Of a stretch of DNA of 64,000 nucleotides, positions 50,298 through 63,043 are shown piece after piece. The stretch is from the human T2T-CHM13v2.0 reference genome, Homo sapiens: contig CP068257.2 in NCBI GenBank assembly GCA_009914755.4, positions 11,104,001 to 11,168,000 on the forward strand. The letters run 5' to 3'. Below the pieces are notes generated by a model. The model was not told the DNA's origin and made no database searches. It saw only the letters and a list, made by a program, of their open reading frames with translations. Position 1 is the stretch's first letter. Each line of letters begins with the position of its first letter. The position numbers were made by a program, and so were the translations under genes.

Positions 50298-52167
50298 AAA
50301 AATAGAGTTTCAAAGCTGCTCTGTAAAAAGAAAGGTTCCACTCTGTTAGCTGAGTACACACATCACAAACTTGTTTCTGAGAATCCTTCTGTCTCGTTTT
50401 TATGGGAAGATATTTACTTTTCCACCGTAGGCATCAAAGCGCTCCAAATGTCCACATCCAGATACTCCAGAACGAGTGTTTCAAACCTGCTCTATGAAAG
50501 GGAATCTTCAACTCTATGAGTTGAATGCAGACATCAGAAAGAAATTTCTGAGAATGCTGCTGTCTACCTTTTATTTGAATTCCCGCTTCCAACGAAATCC
50601 TCCAAGCTATCCAAATATCCACCTGCATTTTCCACAAAAAGAGTGTTTCAAAACTGCTCTATCAATAGAAATGTTCAACTCCTTTGGCTGGGTACACACA
50701 TCACAAACAAGTTTCTGAGAATGCTTCTGTCTAGTTTTTATGGGAAGACATTCCCTTTTTCACCAAAGACATCAAAGCGCTCCAAATGTCCACTTCCAGA
50801 CACTACAAAAAGAGTGTTTCAAACGTGCTCTAAGAAAGCGAATGTTCAACTCTGTGACTTGAATGCAGATATCACAAAGTAGTTTCTGAGAGGGCTTCTG
50901 TCTAGATTTTAGATGATGATATTCCCGTTTCCAACGAAATCATTAGAGCTATCCAAATATCCACTTACAGTTTCTACAAAAAGAGTGTTTCCAAACTGCT
51001 GCATCAAAAGAGAGGTTCCACTCTGTTAGCTGAGTACACACATCACAAACTTGTTTCTCAGAATCCTTCTGTCTCGTTTTTATGGGAAGATATTTACTTT
51101 TTCACCGTAGGCATCAAAGCGCTCCAAATGTCCACATCCAGATACTCCAGAAAGAGTGTTTCAAACCTGCTCTATGAAAGGGAATCTTCAACTCTATGAG
51201 TTGAATGCAGACATCAGAAAGAAATTTCTGAGAATGCTGCTGTCTACCTTTTATTTGAATTCCCGCTTCCAACGAAATCCTCCAAGCTATCCAAATATCC
51301 ACTTGCAGATTCCACAAAAAGAGTGTTTCAAAACTGCTCTCTATCAATGGCAAAGTTCAACTCTGTTAGTTGAGGACACATATCACCAACAAGTTTCTGA
51401 GAATGCTTCTGTCTATTTTTTATGGGAAGATATTTCCTTTTTCACCGTAGGCGTCAAGGCGATCGAAATGTCCACTTCCACAAACTACAAAAAGAGTGTT
51501 TCAAACCTGCTCTATGAAAGGCCATGTTCATCTCTATGAGTTGAATGGAAATATCCGAAAGAAATTTCTGGGAATGCTGCTGTCTAGTGTTTATACGAAT
51601 TCCCGCTTCCAACGTAATCCTCAAAGCAATCCAAATATCCACTTGCAGAATCCACAAAAAGAGTGTTTCAAAACTGCTCTATCAATAGAAAGGTTCAACT
51701 CTTTTAGTTGAGTACACACATCACGAACAAGTTTCTGAGAATGCTTCTGTCTGGCTTTTATTGGAAGACGTTTCCTTTTCACCAAAGGCATCAAAGCGCT
51801 CCAAATGTCCACTTCCAGATTCTTCCAAAAGAGTGTTTCAAACGTGCTCAAAGTAAGGGAATGTTCAACTCTGTGACTTGAATGCAGATATCACCAAGTA
51901 GTTTCTAATAGTGCTTCTGTCTACATTTTAGATGATGATATTCCCGTTTCCAACGAAATCGCTAGAGCTATCCAAATATCCAGTTACAGTTTCTACCAAA
52001 AGGGTGTTTCCAAATTGCTGCATCAAAAGAAAGGTTCAACTCTGTTAGTTGAGGACACACATCACAAAGAAGTTTGTGAGAATGCTTCTGTCTAGGTTTT
52101 GTATGACGATATTCCCTTTTCCAACGATATCGTTAAAGCAATCTAAATATCAATTTGCAGAATCCAC
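50298..52167 (-). repeat. HOR unit 29 (11-mer, 1870 bp; haplotype A)
   Basis: 'cgtaat' (51611), 'cgctagag' (51961), 'ctaggttttg' (52091). Confidence 0.9.
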
Positions 52168-54035
52168 AAAAATAGAGTTTCAAAGCTGCTCTGTAAAAAG
52201 AAAGGTTCCACTCTGTTAGCTGAGTACACACATCACAAATTTGTTTCTGAGAATCCTTCTGTCTCGTTTTTATGGGAAGATACTTACTTTTCCACCGTAG
52301 GCATCAAAGCGCTCCAAATGTCCACATCCAGATACTCCAGAACGAGTGTTTCAAACCTGCTCTATGAAAGGGAATCTTCAACTCTATGAGTTGAATGCAG
52401 ACATCAGAAAGAAATTTCTGAGAATGCTGCTGTCTACCTTTTATTTGAATTCCCGCTTCCAACGAAATCCTCCAAGCTATCCAAATATCCACCTGCATTT
52501 TCCACAACAAGAGTGTTTCAAAACTGCTCTATCAATAGAAATGTTCAACTCCTTTGGCTGGGTACACACATCACAAACAAGTTTCTGAGAATGCTTCTGT
52601 CTAGTTTTTATGGGAAGACGTTCCCTTTTTCACCAAAGGCATCAAAGCGCTCCAAATGTCCACTTCCAGACACTACAAAAAGAGTGTTTCAAACGTGCTC
52701 TAAGAAAGCGAATGTTCAACTCTGTGACTTGAATGCACATATCACAAAGTAGTTCCTGAGAGGGCTTCTGTCTAGATTTTAGATGATGATATTCCCGTTT
52801 CCAACAAAATCATTAGAGCTTCCAAATATCCACTTACAGTTTCTACAAAAAGAGTGTTTCCAAACTGCTGCATCAAAAGAGAGGTTCCACTCTGTTAGCT
52901 GAGTACACACATCACAAACTTGTTTCTCAGAATCCTTCTGTCTCGTTTTTATGGGAAGATTATACTTTTTCACCGTAGGCATCAAAGCGCTCCAAATGTC
53001 CACATCCAGATACTCCAGAAAGAGTGTTTCAAACCTGCCCTATGAAAGGGAATCTTCAACTCTATGAGTTGAATGCAGACATCAGAAAGAAATTTCTGAG
53101 AATGCTGCTGTCTACCTTTTATTTGAATTCCCGCTTCCAACGAAATCCTCCAAGCTATCCAAATATCCACTTGCAGATTCCACAAAAAGAGTGTTTCAAA
53201 ACTGCTCTCTATCAATGGCAAAGTTCAACTCTGTTAGTTGAGGACACATATCACCAACAAGTTTCTGAGAATGCTTCTGTCTATTTTTTATGGGAAGATA
53301 TTTCCTTTTTCACCGTAGGCGTCAAGGCGATCGAAATGTCCACTTCCACAAACTACAAAAAGAGTGTTTCAAACCTGCTCTATGAAAGGCCATGTTCATC
53401 TCTATGAGTTGAATGGAAATATCCGAAAGAAATTTCTGGGAATGCTGCTGTCTAGTGTTTATACGAATTCCCGCTTCCAACGAAATCCTCAAAGCAATCC
53501 AAATATCCACTTGCAGAATCCACAAAAAGAGTGTTTCAAAACTGCTCTATCAATAGAAAGGTTCAACTCTTTTAGTTGAGTACACACATCACGAACAAGT
53601 TTCTGAGAATGCTTCTGTCTGGCTTTTATTGGAAGACGTTTCCTTTTCACCAAAGGCATCAAAGCGCTCCAAATGTCCACTTCCAGATTCTTCCAAAAGA
53701 GTGTTTCAAACGTGCTCAAAGTAAGGGAATGTTCAACTCTGTGACTTGAATGCAGATATCACCAAGTAGTTTCTAATAGTGCTTCTGCCTACATTTTAGA
53801 TGATGATATTCCCTTTTCCAACGAAATCGTTAGAGCTATCCAAATATCCAGTTACAGTTTCTACCAAAAGGGTGTTTCCAAATTGCTGCATCAAAAGAAA
53901 GGTTCAACTCTGTTAGTTGAGGACACACATCACAAAGAAGTTTGTGAGAATGCTTCTGTCTAGATTTTGTATGACGATATTCCCTTTTCCAACGATATCG
54001 TTAAAGCAATCTAAATATCAATTTGCAGAATCCAC
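52168..54035 (-). repeat. HOR unit 30 (11-mer, 1868 bp; haplotype B1)
   Basis: 'cacaaatttg' private variant. 'gcacatatc'. 'gtagttcctgag'. m4 box CAAA (52793-52809). 'gattatac'. 'ctgcctac' with box CCCT. Confidence 0.9.
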
Positions 54036-55905
54036 AAAAATAGAGTTTCAAAGCTGCTCTGTAAAAAGAAAGGTTCCACTCTGTTAGCTGAGTACACACA
54101 TCACAAACTTGTTTCTGAGAATCCTTCTGTCTCGTTTTTATGGGAAGATATTTACTTTTCCACCGTAGGCATCAAAGCGCTCCAAATGTCCACATCCAGA
54201 TACTCCAGAACGAGTGTTTCAAACCTGCTCTATGAAAGGGAATCTTCAACTCTATGAGTTGAATGCAGACATCAGAAAGAAATTTCTGAGAATGCTGCTG
54301 TCTACCTTTTATTTGAATTCCCGCTTCCAACGAAATCCTCCAAGCTATCCAAATATCCACCTGCATTTTCCACAAAAAGAGTGTTTCAAAACTGCTCTAT
54401 CAATAGAAATGTTCAACTCCTTTGGCTGGGTACACACATCACAAACAAGTTTCTGAGAATGCTTCTGTCTAGTTTTTATGGGAAGACATTCCCTTTTTCA
54501 CCAAAGACATCAAAGCGCTCCAAATGTCCACTTCCAGACACTACAAAAAGAGTGTTTCAAACGTGCTCTAAGAAAGCGAATGTTCAACTCTGTGACTTGA
54601 ATGCAGATATCACAAAGTAGTTTCTGAGAGGGCTTCTGTCTAGATTTTAGATGATGATATTCCCGTTTCCAACGAAATCATTAGAGCTATCCAAATATCC
54701 ACTTACAGTTTCTACAAAAAGAGTGTTTCCAAACTGCTGCATCAAAAGAGAGGTTCCACTCTGTTAGCCGAGTACACACATCACAAACTTGTTTCTCAGA
54801 ATCCTTCTGTCTCGTTTTTATGGGAAGATATTTACTTTTTCACCGTAGGCATCAAAGCGCTCCAAATGTCCACATCCAGATACTCCAGAAAGAGTGTTTC
54901 AAACCTGCTCTATGAAAGGGAATCTTCAACTCTATGAGTTGAATGCAGACATCAGAAAGAAATTTCTGAGAATGCTGCTGTCTACCTTTTATTTGAATTC
55001 CCGCTTCCAACGAAATCCTCCAAGCTATCCAAATATCCACTTGCAGATTCCACAAAAAGAGTGTTTCAAAACTGCTCTCTATCAATGGCAAAGTTCAACT
55101 CTGTTAGTTGAGGACACATATCACCAACAAGTTTCTGAGAATGCTTCTGTCTATTTTTTATGGGAAGATATTTCCTTTTTCACCGTAGGCGTCAAGGCGA
55201 TCGAAATGTCCACTTCCACAAACTACAAAAAGAGTGTTTCAAACCTGCTCTATGAAAGGCCATGTTCATCTCTATGAGTTGAATGGAAATATCCGAAAGA
55301 AATTTCTGGGAATGCTGCTGTCTAGTGTTTATACGAATTCCCGCTTCCAACGTAATCCTCAAAGCAATCCAAATATCCACTTGCAGAATCCACAAAAAGA
55401 GTGTTTCAAAACTGCTCTATCAATAGAAAGGTTCAACTCTTTTAGTTGAGTACACACATCACGAACAAGTTTCTGAGAATGCTTCTGTCTGGCTTTTATT
55501 GGAAGACGTTTCCTTTTCACCAAAGGCATCAAAGCGCTCCAAATGTCCACTTCCAGATTCTTCCAAAAGAGTGTTTCAAACGTGCTCAAAGTAAGGGAAT
55601 GTTCAACTCTGTGACTTGAATGCAGATATCACCAAGTAGTTTCTAATAGTGCTTCTGTCTACATTTTAGATGATGATATTCCCGTTTCCAACGAAATCGC
55701 TAGAGCTATCCAAATATCCAGTTACAGTTTCTACCAAAAGGGTGTTTCCAAATTGCTGCATCAAAAGAAAGGTTCAACTCTGTTAGTTGAGGACACACAT
55801 CACAAAGAAGTTTGTGAGAATGCTTCTGTCTAGATTTTGTATGACGATATTCCCTTTTCCAACGATATCGTTAAAGCAATCTAAATATCAATTTGCAGAA
55901 TCCAC
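54036..55905 (-). repeat. HOR unit 31 (11-mer, 1870 bp; haplotype C)
   Basis: 'gccgag' (54771), 'cgtaat' (55351), m10 intact box. Confidence 0.9.
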
Positions 55906-57433
55906 AAAAATAGAGTTTCAAAGCTGCTCTGTAAAAAGAAAGGTTCCACTCTGTTAGCTGAGTACACACATCACAAACTTGTTTCTCAGAATCCTTCTGT
56001 CTCGTTTTTATGGGAAGATACTTACTTTTCCACCGTAGGCATCAAAGCGCTCCAAATGTCCACATCCAGATACTCCAGAACGAGTGTTTCAAACCTGCTC
56101 TATGAAAGGGAATCTTCAACTCTATGAGTTGAATGCAGACATCAGAAAGAAATTTCTGAGAATGCTGCTGTCTACCTTTTATTTGAATTCCCGCTTCCAA
56201 CGAAATCCTCCAAGCTATCCAAATATCCACCTGCATTTTCCACAACAAGAGTGTTTCAAAACTGCTCTATCAATAGAAATGTTCAACTCCTTTGGCTGGG
56301 TACACACATCACAAACAAGTTTCTGAGAATGCTTCTGTCTAGTTTTTATGGGAAGACGTTCCCTTTTTCACCAAAGGCATCCAAGCGCTCCAAATGTCCA
56401 CATCCAGATACTCCAGAAAGAGTGTTTCAAACCTGCTCTATGAAAGGGAATCTTCAACTCTATGAGTTGAATGCAGACATCAGAAAGAAATTTCTGAGAA
56501 TGCTGCTGTCTACCTTTTATTTGAATTCCCGCTTCCAACGAAATCCTCCAAGCTATCCAAATATCCACTTGCAGATTCCACAAAAAGAGTGTTTCAAAAC
56601 TGCTCTCTATCAATGGCAAAGTTCAACTCTGTTAGTTGAGGACACATATCACCAACAAGTTTCTGAGAATGCTTCTGTCTATTTTTTATGGGAAGATATT
56701 TCCTTTTTCACCATAGGCGTCAAGGCGATCGAAATGTCCACTTCCACAAACTACAAAAAGAGTGTTTCAAACCTGCTCTATGAAAGGCCATGTTCATCTC
56801 TATGAGTTGAATGGAAATATCCGAAAGAAATTTCTGGGAATGCTGCTGTCTAGTGTTTATACGAATTCCCGCTTCCAACGAAATCCTCAAAGCAATCCAA
56901 ATATCCACTTGCAGAATCCACAAAAAGAGTGTTTCAAAACTGCTCTATCAATAGAAAGGTTCAACTCTTTTAGTTGAGTACACACATCACGAACAAGTTT
57001 CTGAGAATGCTTCTGTCTGGCTTTTATTGGAAGACGTTTCCTTTTCAACAAAGGCATCAAAGCGCTCCAAATGTCCACTTCCAGATTCTTCCAAAAGAGT
57101 GTTTCAAACGTGCTCAAAGTAAGGGAATGTTCAACTCTGTGACTTGAATGCAGATATCACCAAGTAGTTTCTAATAGTGCTTCTGCCTACATTTTAGATG
57201 ATGATATTCCCTTTTCCAACGAAATCGTTAGAGCTATCCAAATATCCAGTTACAGTTTCTACCAAAAGGGTGTTTCCAAATTGCTGCATCAAAAGAAAGG
57301 TTCAACTCTGTTAGTTGAGGACACACATCACAAAGAAGTTTGTGAGAATGCTTCTGTCTAGATTTTGTATGACGATATTCCCTTTTCCAACGATATCGTT
57401 AAAGCAATCTAAATATCAATTTGCAGAATCCAC
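55906..57433 (-). repeat. HOR unit 32: 9-mer variant (1528 bp)
   Basis: Junction 'ggcatccaagcgc' at ~56380-56403. 184-aa fusion ORF at 56251. Confidence 0.9.
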
Positions 57434-59303
57434 AAAAATAGAGTTTCAAAGCTGCTCTGTAAAAAGAAAGGTTCCACTCTGTTAGCTGAGTACACACATC
57501 ACAAACTTGTTTCTGAGAATCCTTCTGTCTCGTTTTTATGGGAAGATATTTACTTTTCCACCGTAGGCATCAAAGCGCTCCAAATGTCCACATCCAGATA
57601 CTCCAGAACGAGTGTTTCAAACCTGCTCTATGAAAGGGAATCTTCAACTCTATGAGTTGAATGCAGACATCAGAAAGAAATTTCTGAGAATGCTGCTGTC
57701 TACCTTTTATTTGAATTCCCGCTTCCAACGAAATCCTCCAAGCTATCCAAATATCCACCTGCATTTTCCACAAAAAGAGTGTTTCAAAACTGCTCTATCA
57801 ATAGAAATGTTCAACTCCTTTGGCTGGGTACACACATCACAAACAAGTTTCTGAGAATGCTTCTGTCTAGTTTTTATGGGAAGACATTCCCTTTTTCACC
57901 AAAGACATCAAAGCGCTCCAAATGTCCACTTCCAGACACTACAAAAAGAGTGTTTCAAACGTGCTCTAAGAAAGCGAATGTTCAACTCTGTGACTTGAAT
58001 GCAGATATCACAAAGTAGTTTCTGAGAGGGCTTCTGTCTAGATTTTAGATGATGATATTCCCGTTTCCAACGAAATCATTAGAGCTATCCAAATATCCAC
58101 TTACAGTTTCTACAAAAAGAGTGTTTCCAAACTGCTGCATCAAAAGAGAGGTTCCACTCTGTTAGCTGAGTACACACATCACAAACTTGTTTCTCAGAAT
58201 CCTTCTGTCTCGTTTTTATGGGAAGATATTTACTTTTTCACCGTAGGCATCAAAGCGCTCCAAATGTCCACATCCAGATACTCCAGAAAGAGTGTTTCAA
58301 ACCTGCTCTATGAAAGGGAATCTTCAACTCTATGAGTTGAATGCAGACATCAGAAAGAAATTTCTGAGAATGCTGCTGTCTACCTTTTATTTGAATTCCC
58401 GCTTCCAACGAAATCCTCCAAGCTATCCAAATATCCACTTGCAGATTCCACAAAAAGAGTGTTTCAAAACTGCTCTCTATCAATGGCAAAGTTCAACTCT
58501 GTTAGTTGAGGACACATATCACCAACAAGTTTCTGAGAATGCTTCTGTCTATTTTTTATGGGAAGATATTTCCTTTTTCACCGTAGGCGTCAAGGCGATC
58601 GAAATGTCCACTTCCACAAACTACAAAAAGAGTGTTTCAAACCTGCTCTATGAAAGGCCATGTTCATCTCTATGAGTTGAATGGAAATATCCGAAAGAAA
58701 TTTCTGGGAATGCTGCTGTCTAGTGTTTATACGAATTCCCGCTTCCAACGAAATCCTCAAAGCAATCCAAATATCCACTTGCAGAATCCACAAAAAGAGT
58801 GTTTCAAAACTGCTCTATCAATAGAAAGGTTCAACTCTTTTAGTTGAGTACACACATCACGAACAAGTTTCTGAGAATGCTTCTGTCTGGCTTTTATTGG
58901 AAGACGTTTCCTTTTCAACAAAGGCATCAAAGCGCTCCAAATGTCCACTTCCAGATTCTTCCAAAAGAGTGTTTCAAACGTGCTCAAAGTAAGGGAATGT
59001 TCAACTCTGTGACTTGAATGCAGATATCACCAAGTAGTTTCTAATAGTGCTTCTGCCTACATTTTAGATGATGATATTCCCTTTTCCAACGAAATCGTTA
59101 GAGCTATCCAAATATCCAGTTACAGTTTCTACCAAAAGGGTGTTTCCAAATTGCTGCATCAAAAGAAAGGTTCAACTCTGTTAGTTGAGGACACACATCA
59201 CAAAGAAGTTTGTGAGAATGCTTCTGTCTAGATTTTGTATGACGATATTCCCTTTTCCAACGATATCGTTAAAGCAATCTAAATATCAATTTGCAGAATC
59301 CAC
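57434..59303 (-). repeat. HOR unit 33 (11-mer, 1870 bp; A-like first half, B-like second half)
   Basis: m3 'gacatcaaag' and 'gcagatatc', but m8 'cgaaat', m9 'ttcaacaaagg', m10 'ctgcctac' with box CCCT. Confidence 0.88.
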
Positions 59304-61173
59304 AAAAATAGAGTTTCAAAGCTGCTCTGTAAAAAGAAAGGTTCCACTCTGTTAGCTGAGTACACACATCACAAACTTGTTTCTGAGAATCCTTCTGTCT
59401 CGTTTTTATGGGAAGATATTTACTTTTCCACCGTAGGCATCAAAGCGCTCCAAATGTCCACATCCAGATACTCCAGAACGAGTGTTTCAAACCTGCTCTA
59501 TGAAAGGGAATCTTCAACTCTATGAGTTGAATGCAGACATCAGAAAGAAATTTCTGAGAATGCTGCTGTCTACCTTTTATTTGAATTCCCGCTTCCAACG
59601 AAATCCTCCAAGCTATCCAAATATCCACCTGCATTTTCCACAAAAAGAGTGTTTCAAAACTGCTCTATCAATAGAAATGTTCAACTCCTTTGGCTGGGTA
59701 CACACATCACAAACAAGTTTCTGAGAATGCTTCTGTCTAGTTTTTATGGGAAGACATTCCCTTTTTCACCAAAGACATCAAAGCGCTCCAAATGTCCACT
59801 TCCAGACACTACAAAAAGAGTGTTTCAAACGTGCTCTAAGAAAGCGAATGTTCAACTCTGTGACTTGAATGCAGATATCACAAAGTAGTTTCTGAGAGGG
59901 CTTCTGTCTAGATTTTAGATGATGATATTCCCGTTTCCAACGAAATCATTAGAGCTATCCAAATATCCACTTACAGTTTCTACAAAAAGAGTGTTTCCAA
60001 ACTGCTGCATCAAAAGAGAGGTTCCACTCTGTTAGCTGAGTACACACATCACAAACTTGTTTCTCAGAATCCTTCTGTCTCGTTTTTATGGGAAGATATT
60101 TACTTTTTCACCGTAGGCATCAAAGCGCTCCAAATGTCCACATCCAGATACTCCAGAAAGAGTGTTTCAAACCTGCTCTATGAAAGGGAATCTTCAACTC
60201 TATGAGTTGAATGCAGACATCAGAAAGAAATTTCTGAGAATGCTGCTGTCTACCTTTTATTTGAATTCCCGCTTCCAACGAAATCCTCCAAGCTATCCAA
60301 ATATCCACTTGCAGATTCCACAAAAAGAGTGTTTCAAAACTGCTCTCTATCAATGGCAAAGTTCAACTCTGTTAGTTGAGGACACATATCACCAACAAGT
60401 TTCTGAGAATGCTTCTGTCTATTTTTTATGGGAAGATATTTCCTTTTTCACCGTAGGCGTCAAGGCGATCGAAATGTCCACTTCCACAAACTACAAAAAG
60501 AGTGTTTCAAACCTGCTCTATGAAAGGCCATGTTCATCTCTATGAGTTGAATGGAAATATCCGAAAGAAATTTCTGGGAATGCTGCTGTCTAGTGTTTAT
60601 ACGAATTCCCGCTTCCAACGTAATCCTCAAAGCAATCCAAATATCCACTTGCAGAATCCACAAAAAGAGTGTTTCAAAACTGCTCTATCAATAGAAAGGT
60701 TCAACTCTTTTAGTTGAGTACACACATCACGAACAAGTTTCTGAGAATGCTTCTGTCTGGCTTTTATTGGAAGACGTTTCCTTTTCACCAAAGGCATCAA
60801 AGCGCTCCAAATGTCCACTTCCAGATTCTTCCAAAAGAGTGTTTCAAACGTGCTCAAAGTAAGGGAATGTTCAACTCTGTGACTTGAATGCAGATATCAC
60901 CAAGTAGTTTCTAATAGTGCTTCTGCCTACATTTTAGATGATGATATTCCCTTTTCCAACGAAATCGTTAGAGCTATCCAAATATCCAGTTACAGTTTCT
61001 ACCAAAAGGGTGTTTCCAAATTGCTGCATCAAAAGAAAGGTTCAACTCTGTTAGTTGAGGACACACATCACAAAGAAGTTTGTGAGAATGCTTCTGTCTA
61101 GATTTTGTATGACGATATTCCCTTTTCCAACGATATCGTTAAAGCAATCTAAATATCAATTTGCAGAATCCAC
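59304..61173 (-). repeat. HOR unit 34 (11-mer, 1870 bp; A-like unit in the slot where B1 is expected)
   Basis: A markers through m8 ('cgtaat' at 60611) and none of the B1 markers (no 'gcacatatc', no 'gattatac', no m4 CAAA). m10 does carry 'ctgcctac' with box CCCT. Confidence 0.88.
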
Positions 61174-63043
61174 AAAAATAGAGTTTCAAAGCTGCTCTGT
61201 AAAAAGAAAGGTTCCACTCTGTTAGCTGAGTACACACATCACAAACTTGTTTCTGAGAATCCTTCTGTCTCGTTTTTATGGGAAGATATTTACTTTTCCA
61301 CCGTAGGCATCAAAGCGCTCCAAATGTCCACATCCAGATACTCCAGAACGAGTGTTTCAAACCTGCTCTATGAAAGGGAATCTTCAACTCTATGAGTTGA
61401 ATGCAGACATCAGAAAGAAATTTCTGAGAATGCTGCTGTCTACCTTTTATTTGAATTCCCGCTTCCAACGAAATCCTCCAAGCTATCCAAATATCCACCT
61501 GCATTTTCCACAAAAAGAGTGTTTCAAAACTGCTCTATCAATAGAAATGTTCAACTCCTTTGGCTGGGTACACACATCACAAACAAGTTTCTGAGAATGC
61601 TTCTGTCTAGTTTTTATGGGAAGACATTCCCTTTTTCACCAAAGACATCAAAGCGCTCCAAATGTCCACTTCCAGACACTACAAAAAGAGTGTTTCAAAC
61701 GTGCTCTAAGAAAGCGAATGTTCAACTCTGTGACTTGAATGCAGATATCACAAAGTAGTTTCTGAGAGGGCTTCTGTCTAGATTTTAGATGATGATATTC
61801 CCGTTTCCAACGAAATCATTAGAGCTATCCAAATATCCACTTACAGTTTCTACAAAAAGAGTGTTTCCAAACTGCTGCATCAAAAGAGAGGTTCCACTCT
61901 GTTAGCCGAGTACACACATCACAAACTTGTTTCTCAGAATCCTTCTGTCTCGTTTTTATGGGAAGATATTTACTTTTTCACCGTAGGCATCAAAGCGCTC
62001 CAAATGTCCACATCCAGATACTCCAGAAAGAGTGTTTCAAACCTGCTCTATGAAAGGGAATCTTCAACTCTATGAGTTGAATGCAGACATCAGAAAGAAA
62101 TTTCTGAGAATGCTGCTGTCTACCTTTTATTTGAATTCCCGCTTCCAACGAAATCCTCCAAGCTATCCAAATATCCACTTGCAGATTCCACAAAAAGAGT
62201 GTTTCAAAACTGCTCTCTATCAATGGCAAAGTTCAACTCTGTTAGTTGAGGACACATATCACCAACAAGTTTCTGAGAATGCTTCTGTCTATTTTTTATG
62301 GGAAGATATTTCCTTTTTCACCGTAGGCGTCAAGGCGATCGAAATGTCCACTTCCACAAACTACAAAAAGAGTGTTTCAAACCTGCTCTATGAAAGGCCA
62401 TGTTCATCTCTATGAGTTGAATGGAAATATCCGAAAGAAATTTCTGGGAATGCTGCTGTCTAGTGTTTATACGAATTCCCGCTTCCAACGTAATCCTCAA
62501 AGCAATCCAAATATCCACTTGCAGAATCCACAAAAAGAGTGTTTCAAAACTGCTCTATCAATAGAAAGGTTCAACTCTTTTAGTTGAGTACACACATCAC
62601 GAACAAGTTTCTGAGAATGCTTCTGTCTGGCTTTTATTGGAAGACGTTTCCTTTTCACCAAAGGCATCAAAGCGCTCCAAATGTCCACTTCCAGATTCTT
62701 CCAAAAGAGTGTTTCAAACGTGCTCAAAGTAAGGGAATGTTCAACTCTGTGACTTGAATGCAGATATCACCAAGTAGTTTCTAATAGTGCTTCTGTCTAC
62801 ATTTTAGATGATGATATTCCCGTTTCCAACGAAATCGCTAGAGCTATCCAAATATCCAGTTACAGTTTCTACCAAAAGGGTGTTTCCAAATTGCTGCATC
62901 AAAAGAAAGGTTCAACTCTGTTAGTTGAGGACACACATCACAAAGAAGTTTGTGAGAATGCTTCTGTCTAGATTTTGTATGACGATATTCCCTTTTCCAA
63001 CGATATCGTTAAAGCAATCTAAATATCAATTTGCAGAATCCAC
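61174..63043 (-). repeat. HOR unit 35 (11-mer, 1870 bp; haplotype C)
   Basis: 'gccgag' (61911), 'cgtaat' (62471), m10 intact box. Confidence 0.9.

Larger units (their letters stand above)
48770..55905 (-). repeat. Super-repeat copy S4 (7136 bp)
   Basis: Units 28-31 (9-mer, A, B1, C). Confidence 0.88.
55906..63043 (-). repeat. Super-repeat copy S5 (7138 bp; the B1 slot is occupied by an A-like unit)
   Basis: Units 32-35. The 9-mer and C units are conserved. Units 33 and 34 are mosaics without the B1 signature. Confidence 0.8.
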
